Assembly (NCBI RefSeq): GCF_004010195.1
Contig: NC_057718.1
Span: 39,538,635-39,602,634, forward strand
DNA length: 64,000 nt
Direction: 5' to 3'
From: Chiloscyllium plagiosum
Lineage: Eukaryota
The position numbers and the translations under genes were made by a program. The notes under the pieces are model-generated. The model saw only the letters and a program-made list of their open reading frames with translations, ran no database searches and was not told where the DNA came from. Of this stretch, positions 49,733 through 62,455 are shown one piece after another; the stretch's first letter is position 1, and the number at the start of each line of letters is the position of its first letter.

Positions 49733-51760
49733 TTGTCGCCTGTTGGGTGCCAGGGTCAAAGATGTCACAGTATGGCTGCAAGGCCTCCTAAAGGGGAGGG
49801 TGTACAGCCAATGGTTGTGGTTCATGTTTGGACCCATGACAGAGAAAGAAACAGAAATGAAATCCTACAAGCCGACATTACAGATATATGTAAGAAATTT
49901 AAAATCAGTTTTCAAAGGTGATAATCTCCAGATTCTATTTGGTGCTAAGCAGTAGAGAGTATAGGAATAGAAGTGTGGAACAGATAAAAACATGGCCAGA
50001 GGGGTGATGCTGGAGAGAGTGCTTTAGATTCCAAAAGTACTGGATTCATTTCTGGGGGAGGTGGGACGGTAAAAGTTGGACAGGTTACATCTGAACAGGA
50101 ATGTGACTGATACTCTGGTGCGGAGGCTTGCCAATGTGTGGCTGTTGTGCTGTATTTAATTTAGATTGACAGGGGTTGGGATCCTGACAAGTAATTTAGA
50201 GGGGAGAGAGCAGAGTTGGAATTAGAAGTTAAAATGCTGAAAGGCAGAGGAAATATAGGCTAGGTAAGAAACAAGTGAGTTTTGCAAAGATAAATGGGAT
50301 ATATTTTAATGCAAAGTACCGAAGGAATAAAACAAACAAGCTGAGGCCACAGTTGCCATATGGGAGTATGATATCATAGTTATGACTGAGATCGGCTGTA
50401 AGATGGAGGGTTTTGACAGAAAGAATTCTGAGGGATAGGATATACTTGCACTTGGAGAGACATGGATCAATCAGGAATAGTCAAAATTGATTTGTTAAGG
50501 GAAGATTATGTTTGACAGATTTGATTGAATATTTTGAGAAGGTATGTAGGAAAATTGATGAGCGTAAAGCATTTAGTATGATCTACATGGACTATACTAA
50601 AGGGTTTTGAGAAGGCCCCTCATGGTAGACTGGACAAAAAAAAAATCAGAGGTCAGGAATTCAAACCAAAATGGCATGTTAGATCTGAAATTGACTGAAA
50701 GGCATGGAATGGGGTTGGTAGTAGAGGGATGTTTTTGTGACTGGAAGTCTGTTTTTAGTGGGATTCCACAGGAGTTGGTGTGAGGGTCCTTGCTGTTTGT
50801 GGTATACTAATCATTTGGACTGAAATGTAGGGGGTGTGATCAAGAAGTTTGCAGAGAACACTAAAATTGCTAGGGTGATAAATAGTGAGGAGGGTAGTCA
50901 TAAACTGCAGAAGGATATCAACAGACTGGTCAGGTGGACAAAGTAGTGGCAAATGAAATGCAATCTCAAAAAGTGTGAGGTAATTTATTTAGGAATGTTA
51001 ACAAGGTAAGGATTACGCTGTGAATCATAAGGCACTGGAAATTACTGAAGATCAGAGGGGCCTTGGTGTGAATATCCATAAATTCTTGAAGGTAGCAGAG
51101 TGGGTGGAAACAATGGTTAGGAAGACTTATGGGATTCTAGCTCTTGTTTGTTGAGGCATAGAATACAGGAACCAGGGAGGTTATGCTGGAACTGTATTAA
51201 CTGCTAGTTATGTCACAACTGCAGTATTGTGTGCAGTTCTGGTCACCACATTATAGGAAAGATGTGATTGCACTGGAGAAGATGCAGAGGAAATTTAATG
51301 GAATGTTCCTGGGCTGGAAGGTCTGAGCGATGAGGGAAGATTGAATAACCTGGAGTTGTTTTCTTTGGATGGTTGAAAGGAGCCCTGATTGAGGTAGATA
51401 AGACTATGAGGGACATTGATATGGTGGGTAGGACACACTTTTTCCATTTGTAAATGGGTCAGTAACCATAGCATAGATTTATGGTAAGAAATAGAGGGCT
51501 AAGTGGGGATTTAAGGAGAAATTCCTCCACCCAAAGGTTGGGGGTGAGTCTGAAACTCACTGCCTGAAAAAAAAGGTTGAGTCGGAAACTCTCATAACAT
51601 TGAAACATCATTTAAATATTCACTTGCATCGCCATTGCCTCCAGGGCTGTGGGCCAGGAGCTGGTAAATTGGACTGTTGTCGTCAGATCTTTGTTCACTG
51701 GCATCGACATGATGGGCTGAATGGATTCCTTCTATGCTGGAAATATGTATAGTCTGTGAA
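49733..51760 (+). mobile_element. Old CR1 with ORF1 SGNH-esterase remnant, ORF2 endonuclease start, internal deletion and RT/3' end
   Basis: GARVKDV...KGEGVQPMVVVHV.T.D, FWGRWD, DRLHLN; YFNA...YDIIVMTE; then RT motifs (KFAENTK, QYCVQFWSPHYRKD). Confidence 0.8.
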
Positions 51761-52554
51761 TTGAACAAAGATTATTAATACTATAGGATGTTATTTAATT
51801 GACCTAAAATTATGTTCTCAGGGCATAACATTAGGAAGCATATTTGACTTAAATTATTCATGTAATGGTCCTCCGAGTTCCTCTGTTTGAAGCTCAATGA
51901 TATGATGTTTACTTGAAACCCTATGATGTTAGACTTGTATTCTAAAAGTATGAGGGAAGTATCATGAGTAGAACAATAAAAAAAATGAAATGGTCAGTGA
52001 GACTCATGATTCTGTTGCAACAGTGAAGGCCTAGCTATCAAAGTGTTGGGCAGAAGCTTGTCAATTTTGAAACTCTATCCTCCTGACAACTTCCCAATCC
52101 CCATTTCCTTCTCTCTGCCTCATTCACACACAACATAATAGCTGATAGAAACTGAGTAAATGGACAGGAAGAATTAATTTATTCCTTTTATGTTTCAAAG
52201 ACTGGAATGAAAGAGTTGGGGTAAAAGTAACAGAATGCATGATTTTATTATTGCTAATATCACTGTTTTTATTGGAGATGACAATCACTGAATAACTTCT
52301 TATTTGTACCTTTAGACTGGGTAATTCCTAAGTTTTAACAAGAACTCAACAGATACTGAGTTTGTTCCTTCCTCAGTCATTTCCTTTAAATGCTTGTGTG
52401 TGGAATTATGCATGACATGTACTTTTGAGGACTATGTTGCACAGTACAAAATTAATATGTTGGAGTCATAATAACAAAACTAAAACTTATTGGAGATCTT
52501 GGATTGTTTTCTTCCTGCAGATTTCAGGAGAACTTGCGTTTTGAGTTACCTGAG

Positions 52555-53890
52555 ACAATAAAGTATAGGAGCAGAATTGGGCCATTCAGTCCATTGAGTC
52601 TGCTCCGCCATTCAATCGTGGCTGATATGTTTCTCAAACCCATTCTTTTGCCTTCTCCCAAGAACCTTTGGTCCCCTTACCAATCAAGAATCTATCTATC
52701 TCTGTTTTAAATACATTCAATGATTTGGCCTCCACAGTCTTCTGCGACAATGTGTTCCACAGATTTACAACCCTCTGGCTGAAAAAATTCCTCATCATCT
52801 CAGTTTTAATAGGTCAACCCATCACTCTGGGGTTGTGCCGTCAGTTCCTAGGGTAGAAACATCTTATTCATGTCTAATTTATCCAGGCCTCTCAGTATTC
52901 TGTAAGATCCAATGTGGACTCCCCCACCGACCCCCCCCCCCCCCCCCCCCCAATATCCTTCTAAACCCCATCAAGTACAGACCCAAAGTCCTCATCCGCT
53001 CCTCTTGTGACAAGCCCTTCATCCCTTGGATCATTGTTGTAAACCTCTTCTGGACCCCTCAGAGGCCGACACATCCTTCCTTTTGATATGGGGCCCAAAA
53101 CTGCTAACAATATTTCAAAAACAGTCTGATCAGAACCTTCTACAGCCTCAGTAATACATCCCAGTTCTTGTATTCTAGCCCTCTTGAAACGAATGCTAAC
53201 ATTGCATTAGCCTTCCGAACTGTAACACCTACGTGTTAACCTTAGAGAATCCTGAACCAGGTCTTCTAAGTCCCTTTGTGTTTCAGATTTCCAAAGCCTT
53301 TCCCCATTTAGAAAATAATTTACGTCTCTATTCGTTCTATATAGTACATAACCTCTCACTTTACCACATTGTATTCCATCAGCCACTTCTTTGTCCGCTC
53401 TCCAAGCCTCTCCTTCTGCGGCCTCTCTGTCTTCTCAACACTCCCTGCCCCTCCATCTATTTTTGTGTCATCTGTAAACTTAGCAACAATACTTTGAGAT
53501 CCTTCGTCTAGATCATTGATGTATAATATGAACAGTTGTGGTCCCAGTATTGACACATGCGGAGCTCCACAAGTCACCAGCTGCCATCCTGAGAAAGACC
53601 TCTTTATACCACTTTCTGCCTTCTGCCAGTCAGTGAATCCTGTATCAATGCCAGCATCATGCCCCTAACACCATGGCCACTTATTTTGTCTCACAACCTT
53701 CCGTGAAGCAGCTTGTCAGAGGCCTTTGGGAAATCCATAATTGATCATGTCCCCTGGGTCTCCTTTGTCAAATTTGCTTGTTCGTTACCTCCTCACAGAA
53801 TTCTAACAGATTTGTCAGGCATGACCTCCTTTTGATGAAGCAATGCTGATTCAGCCCTATTTATCATTCACATCCAAGTACTCCGTAATC
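52555..53890 (-). mobile_element. CR1 RT/3' fragment
   Basis: Minus-strand SILGPQLFILYINDLD...KFTDDTKI. Confidence 0.85.
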
Positions 53891-54409
53891 TCACTTTCGA
53901 TCAAAGGATCTTAAAACAGGGTCTGTCATGGATGAATATTCTGTTCAATCCTAAATTCTAACCAAGTAACATTACATTCTTGAAAAATTAGTGCCAACCA
54001 AATGCTATTAGAAAGAAAATTGCTATTTGGAGTATTAGAAATAAGGACAGATGTTGGCCATTCAGCCCTCAGGTCTGCTGTGCTATTCAACGAGATCATG
54101 GATAATCTGCCCCAGCCTCAACTCTTCTTTTGTGCCAGCTTATTAACTTCCCAATAATTCAAAAACCTCAACTTCTCTTTTAAGTACTTTCAGTGATGTC
54201 GCTTCCACAACTCACTGGAGGAAAGAATTCCAAACATTCACTATCCTCTGGGTAGTGTCCTTTGCACTCAGTTTTAACTGAGTATCCCCTTTTAAGTATA
54301 CCCCCTGGATCAAGATTCCCTCACTAGCAGAAACCTCTTCTCAACACTTACCCTGTCAAATCCCCTCAGAATCTTGTATGTTTCAAGAAGATCCCCCACC
54401 TTTCATTTT

Positions 54410-54631
54410 TAGATTAGATTAGATTACTTACAGTGTGGAAACTGGCCCTTCGGCCCAACAATTCCACACCGAGCCGCCGAAGCGTAACCCACCCAGACCC
54501 ATTCTCCTAGTGGGTGGCACGGTGGCACAGTGGTTAGCACTCCACAGAGAGAGTCGCCTGAGGCGGGAATTGAACCCGGGTCTCTGGCGCTGTGAAACAG
54601 CAGTGCTAACCACTGTGCCACCGTGCCGCCC
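54410..54631 (-). mobile_element. HE1-type tRNA-derived SINE with rearranged centre
   Basis: Minus strand gggcggcacggtggcacagtggttagcac (A box), gggttcaattccc (B box), tail ccacactgtaagtaatctaatctaatct. Confidence 0.85.
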
Positions 54632-55239
54632 ACAACGTTAACGTTCATGAATAAAGCCCTAAAACTTCGAGCCATTTTTGATAAGTCAACCCTTCATTCC
54701 AGGAATCAGTCTAATCAATCTCTTTGGAATGTCTCCAATGCCAATATAGTGTTTCTTAAATAAAACCACACAGTCCTTTCTCAGATGCGATCTCACCAAC
54801 ACCCTGTGCAATTGTACCAAGACTTTACTATTTTTAAAACTCCAGCCCCTAACAATAAAGTCCATTTGCCTCTTTGTTTCATGCTTCTTTTCTGTTTTAT
54901 GCATATGAACATCCAGATCTCTTTGTACTGCATGCTTGGAGTCTCTTTCCATTTCTATAATAGTCTGCCTTTTGATTCTTCCTACCAAACTGCATGGCCT
55001 CACACGTTCCTGCATTAAACTCCACCTGTCAAGATTTTCCCCTCAGCCAATCTGTATCCCTTTGCAGATTCCTTAATTCCTCATCACAATATGCCATCCT
55101 ATCTACTTTTTGGATTGTCAGAAAGTTTGGCTACATTACGCTTTCTCCCCTCCTCCAAGTCATTAATATCCTTGGCCACCCAACTAGTTACTTCTTTCCA
55201 ACCTGAAAAATTAATCCTAACTCTGTTCTCTGTGTGTTA

Positions 55240-55564
55240 AGCAATCCTCAATCCATGCTCATACATCACCCTTAATGTCATGACTCCTATTTTTCATATG
55301 ATACCTTATTTGAATGCTTTCTGAAAATCCAAATGCAATATATATATAATGTTCCCCTTTCTCAATTCTTCTTGATATATCTTAGCAATCCTCAATCCAT
55401 GCTCATACATCACCCTTAATGTCATGACTCCTATTTTTCATATGATACCTTATTTGAATGCTTTCTGAAAATCCAAATGCTATATATATGTGTATATGTG
55501 TGTGTGTGTATATATATGTGTGTGTGTGTGTGTTCCCCTTTCTCAATTCTTCTTGATATATCTT
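55240..55564. repeat. 144-bp tandem duplication; second copy has an expanded TA/TG microsatellite
   Basis: 55240-55383 repeated at 55384-55564. Confidence 0.9.
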
Positions 55565-55644
55565 CAAAGAATTCTAGCAAATTTATCAAACATGATCTTC
55601 CTTTCACAAAACCATGTTGACTGTTGATTTGTTCAGCTTTTAGA

Positions 55645-56390
55645 GCCATAATATCCCAACCCAAACCAGTCCCGCCTGCCAGCACCTGGCCCATATCCCT
55701 CCAAATGCTTCCACTCACACACCTATCCAGATACCTTTTAAATGTTGCAATTGTACTAGCCTCCACCATTTCCTCTGGCAGCTCATTCCCTACATGTACC
55801 ACCCTCTGTGTGATAAAGTTGCCCCTTAGGTCTCTGTCATATCTTTCCGCTCTCACCCTAAACCTATGCCCTCTAGTTCTGGACTCCCCCACCCCAGGGA
55901 AAAGACTTTGTCTATTTATTCTATCTGTTCCCCTCATGATTTTATAAACCTCTATAATGTCACCCATCAGCCTCCAACGCTCAAGGGAAAACAGCCCTAG
56001 ACTATTCAACCTCTCCCTCCAGCTCAAAACCTCCAACCCTGGCAACATCCTTAAATCTTTTCTGAACCTTTTCAAGCTTCACAACATCTTTCCAACAGGA
56101 AGGAGACTAGAATTGCATGCAATATTCCAACAGTAGCCTAACCAATGTCCTGTACAGCTGCAACATGACCTCCCAACTCCTGTACTCAATACTCTGACCA
56201 ATAAAGGAAAGCATACCAAACGCCGCCTTCACTATCCTATCGACCTGCGACTCCACTTTCAAGGGGCTGTGAACCTGTACTCCAAAGTCTCTTTGTTCAG
56301 CAACACTCCCTAGTACCTCACCATTAAGTGTATAAGTCCTGCTAAGATTTGCTTTCCCAAAATGCAGCACCTCGCATTTATCTAAATTAA
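55645..56390 (-). mobile_element. Younger CR1 3' fragment
   Basis: Minus-strand LHFGKAN...LYRTLVRLLLEYCMQF; same subfamily as 13581-14460. Confidence 0.9.
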
Positions 56391-56424
56391 ACTTACATCA
56401 TAAAGTTTGTTTCTGCTTTTGCAA

Positions 56425-56481
56425 TATCAATTTAAATCAATGCCCTTTAGAATGAAAAATGCACCAGCCACTTTCCAAAGG
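56425..56481 (+). mobile_element. Isolated Gypsy RT fragment
   Basis: In-frame YQFKSMPFRMKNAPATFQR (Ty3/Gypsy MPFGLKNAPATFQR motif). Confidence 0.65.
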
Positions 56482-56939
56482 TTTTTCTAACTGTCCTGCT
56501 ATTTCTTCCAAAATAATGTACTCTAGCATTTCACAATGACAGTTGTTAGACTAACTGACCAATTGTTTCCTACTTTCTGTCTCCCTTCTTGAAATAGGGG
56601 TGTCACATTAGCGATTTTCCAATCTTCTGGAACCCTCCTAGAATCTACTCAGTTCTGGAATATTTTGACCAGTGCCTATCTCTGCAGTCAGTTCCTTTAA
56701 AATCCTTGGATGCAGACCATCAGGTCCTGGTGATTTGTCTGCTTTTAGTCTCACTAGTTTTTCAAATGCTTTGTCCCTCACAATAATGGCAAGGTCACTT
56801 TTGTGAGTTTGAGAGGCATAATATTGTTTTTCTGGAAGAGACAGCTGCTTATTTAAGCTTTATTTTGTTGTGTGGTAGTTTAAAAATGAAATCTGTCAGC
56901 CCTGTAAAAACTTTAGCTAATTCACAAGAACAAGTCATA

Positions 56940-57760
56940 AACATAGAACGTAGAACATAGAACAATACAGCACAGAACAGGCCCTTCGGCCCACGATGTT
57001 GTGCCGAACATTTGTCCTAGCTTAAGCACCCATCCATGTACCTATCCAATTGCCACTTAAAGTTCGCCAATGATTCTGACTCTGCCATTCCCACAGGCAG
57101 CGCATTCCATGCCCCCACCACTCTCTGGGTAAAGAACCTACCCCTGACATCNNNNNNNNNNNNNNNNNNNNNNNNNNNNNNNNNNNNNNNNNNNNNNNNN
57201 NNNNNNNNNNNNNNNNNNNNNNNNNNNNNNNNNNNNNNNNNNNNNNNNNNNNNNNNNNNNNNNNNNNNNNNNNNNNNNNNNNNNNNNNNNNNNNNNNNNN
57301 NNNNNNNNNNNNNNNNNNNNNNNNNNNNNNNNNNNNNNNNNNNNNNNNNNNNNNNNNNNNNNNNNNNNNNNNNNNNNNNNNNNNNNNNNNNNNNNNNNNN
57401 NNNNNNNNNNNNNNNNNNNNNNNNNNNNNNNNNNNNNNNNNNNNNNNNNNNNNNNNNNNNNNNNNNNNNNNNNNNNNNNNNNNNNNNNNNNNNNNNNNNN
57501 NNNNNNNNNNNNNNNNNNNNNNNNNNNNNNNNNNNNNNNNNNNNNNNNNNNAAATTTACTGATCCACCCTTCGACTCCCTCTTCCAAGTCATTAATAAAA
57601 ATTACAAACAGCAGAGGACCCAGAACTGATCCCTGCGGAACTCCACTTGTAACTGGGCTCCAGGCTGAATATTTACCATCTACCACCACTCTCTGACTTT
57701 GACCGGTTAGCCAGTTTTCTATCCAACTGGCCAAATTTCCCTCTATCCCATGCCTCCTGA
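56940..57760 (-). mobile_element. Young CR1 3' fragment spanning an assembly gap
   Basis: Minus-strand [34 protein letters not shown], gap, then DVRGRFFTQRVVGAWNALP. Confidence 0.85.
57152..57551. other. Assembly gap (400 N)
   Basis: Run of N. Confidence 1.
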
Positions 57761-58379
57761 CAACCAACATTTTACTAAAAAAATCATTTTGAAAGTATTT
57801 GAACAACTTAAAGCACATGGTTTAAAATGGAGATAAATTTGGTTTCTAGAATCATTTGATTAAAGACATAGACCTCCTTCAAACCTTGACCAATTGTGGA
57901 TTCTGAGTTACTTTTAAGATTGTTTGTTTAAGGCAAAGTTATTTCAATAAAATAGTGTGAGGGAAATTAATACCTGCAAAATCACTAAGGCCTTTATTTA
58001 GCTTGAAGCAGTGAAATATTCTTTCAGTTGGATGTTACAATAAGAAACAATAAATTGTACAAGCAGAATAGTTACTGTACCATCACATTTGAGCCTCAAA
58101 ACAATAGTGCTAAAGTGCGACTAAGTAATTCAGCACTTTTAATTCTGTTTCTAGCTTTTGAATATCAACTTATATTTGTCAGGATTTTCTTGTATTAAAA
58201 AAAGTGTGTGGCCAGTGGTACTCTGTTACTCAGATGTTAATGAAATTGTGTTTTCAGGAGCAGGCAAGATATCCAAAAGTTGCTGTCCAAGTCGTATAGC
58301 TCTGTCATTGCTTCATATAGTTGACATCTCACCATCCAGTTTGCTATTAAATTGCATCAAATGGTGTCAAGCTTTATTG

Positions 58380-58840
58380 TTCAAACCTCTACAGCACATA
58401 CCTTACCTTTCAACAAATCTCATTCACCCGTCACACCTGTGCTAGCTGACCCACATTTGCTGCTTGACTGATAACACCATCCTTATTCTCAAATTTTTCC
58501 ATGACCTCATCTATCCACATCTCTGTAGCCTTGTCCAATCTGAGCCCCTTGGAATCTATCGTGATCTCTGCATCCATACAATTCTAATGTCTTGTCGATT
58601 ATCAATTTTCTTTCCTCTACCATTGATGGCTGTACCCTCAATTGTTTCATCCTGAAGATCAGGTACTCCTTCCTTGAAATTTCTATGCACCTATCCCTTG
58701 CTCCTTTACGTTGACCCTGATATCTACAAACTTTTGGTATCATAGTCTTTCTTTGTGTGGCTTGATATCACACTTCGTTTGATAATCTGAAATCCATTTG
58801 CTACATTAAAAGCAGCATATAAGTGTATGCTTTTGTTGTA
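58380..58840 (+). mobile_element. Old L2-like LINE 3' end
   Basis: LTHI..P..L remnant and gctacattaaaagcagcatataagtg tail. Confidence 0.5.
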
Positions 58841-60221
58841 TTTGTCTAGTGGATATAAACTAAACTCATCATAGGATACAAAATTGTGTCCATTTCAGTC
58901 TTAAATATGTTTTTAACACTTGATAAGTGTTAATTACGTATACAACCTCATCAGCACTGAAAATAATTATTATAAGTGTAGAGTCTCATTCTTTAGGTTT
59001 TAATTGCTGGAGATTTTTTTAAAAAATGAAAAAATCCATTTACAAAACAAGGTTCATGATCTTTCTGTTCCTTTCTGGATCAATTTTTTTTCTTTCTCTG
59101 TCTTTATCTTTCTACATCTGATCTGACATTGAATTCAGCCACCCGAATTTACACTTCCTTTCTGGTGTTGTTAATTTGAGAAGTCTTCAGTCTGATGAAC
59201 AGTTGCTTGCCTTGTTCATGGAGGTGCCAGCTGTTTTGTTTCTCCTTCTGCAGAGTAATGCTACCAGCTCACACTTAACTATCTAAACCTGCAAGGGCTA
59301 AATTAACTAATGGTAGGCATTGTCACATGTCCTGCTGCAACAAAATGTGTGTAATGTGTGAGCTTAACCAGGGTTGATTCTGTGGTTTAAGAGTTTCTAA
59401 TACTTAGGTGCTACAAGAGCATACTGTTGAGAAGTTATATGGTGGTTTTGAAGAATGTATCATTGTACAATTGTTCTGGAAGAGGCTTGATATTCTGTTG
59501 GATAGACCCAGATTCTGAAGTTGTTTGCTACATCATGAATAATCAATAACTGCAGTAACAAATATGCTCGTCCTTGATGCACCAGAAACGATTTTATCAG
59601 GAAATAATTACGTATCAACCTATGAATTAAGAGCAGGAGTAGGCTACTTAGCCCCTCAAACCTGCTTCATCATTTAATAAGGTCATGCCTGATCTCATTG
59701 TAACCGCGATTACACATATCTGCCAACCTCTGGTAATCTGTCACCTCCTTGCACACTAAGAATCTGTCTCCATCTCCCTTTAAAAAAAAAATTGAACAAT
59801 AATTTCCTTGAAACTGGTTTCACTCCAATCAAGGATTTCGAATATAAAAGTATCAGGTTGATTTGCTAAAATTGCTTGTTTCACTTAAATTTTGGAAAAG
59901 CATATTTTTGTTTCTCATTCTTGTGTTTTTGGATACTTTAAATATTTATCAAAATGTGAAGAATTAGTATTTAACGGAATGGACAACATCAGCGATGGCA
60001 ACGGAGTTGCTGTTGAAGATTTCATTTTCTGGCACTAAGGCAGTGCCTGTACCCTTTCTCTTGAATAGAATACATGAATTTACAACTCAAAGGAAGACTC
60101 AATTGGTCCATCAGGCCCGGTGTATTTTGTCATAATATGATTTATACATGCATTGAGTCACCTTATTTCCTTCAAGAAACATAAAGTGACCAAAATTATT
60201 TTGGGGAAATTTGTTTCCAAA

Positions 60222-61264
60222 GTTTAAAGGCCACTATACAAGTTCTAGGCGTTGTATGGCAGTGGAAATGGATTGAGGCTCTTAATTGCCATTTACTCTG
60301 TCAGTTAAAGGCCTCAATAGGCCTATGGATAGGTGGCCTGTTATTTGCCTTACCCACTCTACCATCCCCATGTTATGATGAAAGCGTCTGTGGTGAGTGG
60401 GAAGGCATTGTCACTCAACATACGTTGAACGCCCAATAATTCTGTGAAGGTTATAAAAAAACCCTCCCACTCTGTCTTCTCTGTATCTTTCTCAGGGGTT
60501 GCTTATCAATGCATCATGTAAGGAGACCCAAATTGGGTATATCATCTAAATAATGCTTAATTGTACTGTTCTCTTTACCTGACATGCACATTAATAATAA
60601 TCATATCCAGGAACAGGCCCAGCAATCATTGATCCATCAGATCAGACTGTTCTTTACCCAACCTACTTTCTCCACACTAATCCCCCAGCAACCCTCAATC
60701 CTGTTAAGTAGCAAGTACTTCAACCGATGGAGCAGAAATGGTTTTGGGAAATGGTGTCACGTTGAGGAAGTTAATCTTGAGACATTTGAGACAAGTTGGC
60801 ATTTTACAAGAAAGCAAGTCTACCTGATATGTTTTAAAATAGCTGAAAGAAGACATTTTCTGTTGGATATGGAGCTAAAATAAGAATGGTTATTGGATAT
60901 CATTAAAGGAGAGTAAGTCGCATTTTTGGGGGGCTTAGTCATTGCTAATTAAGCTGATTTGCTTGAAAGGGAAACAATTGTTTTTAATTCTGTACCAACT
61001 CATGCAGATTCCTGTTGATGTACATTAATGGTGATAGTGAATACTTAAGTGGTCATATGATTACAAGACAGAATTAAGGTCAGATCAGTGTTGCTATTGA
61101 GAAGCTTGTAGTCTTAGATGTGCATTTGCCGCAGAGAATGCGGTAAGGTGCTTGTTTAGAGGCCACTATACAAGTTCTAGGTGTTGTATGGCAGTGGAAA
61201 TGGATTGAGGATCTTAATTGCCATTTACTCTGTCAGTTAAAGGCCTCAATAGACCTATGGATAG
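60222..61264 (+). repeat. 111-bp dispersed direct repeat (60222-60332 and 61154-61264)
   Basis: Four mismatches in 111 bp. Confidence 0.9.
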
Positions 61265-62322
61265 TTCTTAGTGTAAATGGATCGGGATAAATAATGTGAT
61301 AACATTTGTTCACTTGTGGAATGTGTGGCAGTACTTCCTTCTCACTCCAGAGGGTGGAGGCACGCATACTTCACAGTAGGGTGTCTGATAACTAAATTGC
61401 TGGTTTATATCAAAGACTCTTAACAAAACTAATACTCAATAGGAAAAGAACTTGTAATTTAATAAGCTGAGTGGAATATGCACATAATAGAACAAACCTG
61501 CTATATTTTCATGTATACCACACTGAGCAGATTTGAATTTATGAAGATCTGTTCCCTTATCCTGACTGTGCTGGAATGTGAATGTCTCATTACCCTTGCA
61601 GGCTAGGAAAAAACTGACATAGGAAGGAAGTTGGAAGATGTTTATGTGAGAGTGAGTGAGAGAGAAGACATTCTTCTGTAAATTACATTCACTGATTGAA
61701 GGGCTCAAGGGACAGAGAGAGAGAGGACAGAAGCTGGTGGAAAGATTAACCCTTTATGGTCTGATTTGAGGGAACACTGGCTTGTCATGGATTGATGGTT
61801 TGTGTGTTGTTCCCTGGATCCCGAGATCCAGGAATGTTATGAATTTAGTTTGCATTCTGGGAATCTAAGATGGTTTTAAAAGAAAAAGCCATTTTGTAGG
61901 ACAATTATACTGGATATTATTGCATTTTAGCAATATCTGGGAACTGTGAGCAAATATTTGAAACAACATAAAGCTTTTATAATTCAGCATTTTAAATATT
62001 TTGTTTGAGAATAAAAATGGACTCTATTGCTTTGAAATTACCCTGCTTATAAATATCTTTTAATAGAGTTGTCCACTATTTTAATGGACATGTAAATGTT
62101 TACCTAAATACACACTTATTGCACAGTTATGTATGCAGTGCTTGCGTACAACATTAATTTGAGATTATTGGTGTGCTATACATTTACAAAGAACGACACA
62201 TGTTTAATGTCTGAATCACCTCTTCAGGAGATAGATTAATCTTCACAATTTCAACTCCACCCACTATAGCAGAATCCTATCCCCTGACTCCTTGACAATT
62301 AAGAGGCAAATATTTATAATCA

Positions 62323-62455
62323 GGGAGAAAGTGAGGACTGCAGATGCTAGAGAGTCAGAGTTGAATTTCTGGTGAAAGGCTTATGCCGAAACGTCAACTC
62401 TCCAGCTCCTCGGATGCTGTGACCTGCTGTGCTTTTCTAGCACCACACTTTTTGA
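62323..62455. mobile_element. Internally deleted family-A palindromic element
   Basis: Reverse tail ggagaaagtgaggactgcagatgct plus arm ggcttatgccgaaacgtc...; degenerate TSD aaa(t/g)atttataa. Confidence 0.75.

Larger units (their letters stand above)
54035..55640 (-). mobile_element. Old CR1 fragment interrupted by an HE1 SINE and a tandem duplication
   Basis: Minus-strand VLVRSHL...RLIPGMKG and SQHGFVKGRSCLINLLEFFE. Confidence 0.75.

Noticed and set aside
54540..54631. tRNA-like A/B boxes (also at 37082-37140)
   Set aside because: SINE heads attached to SINE bodies; no complete cloverleaf
57017..57818. Long ORFs of 191-226 aa
   Set aside because: Artefacts of translating through the N gap inside a CR1
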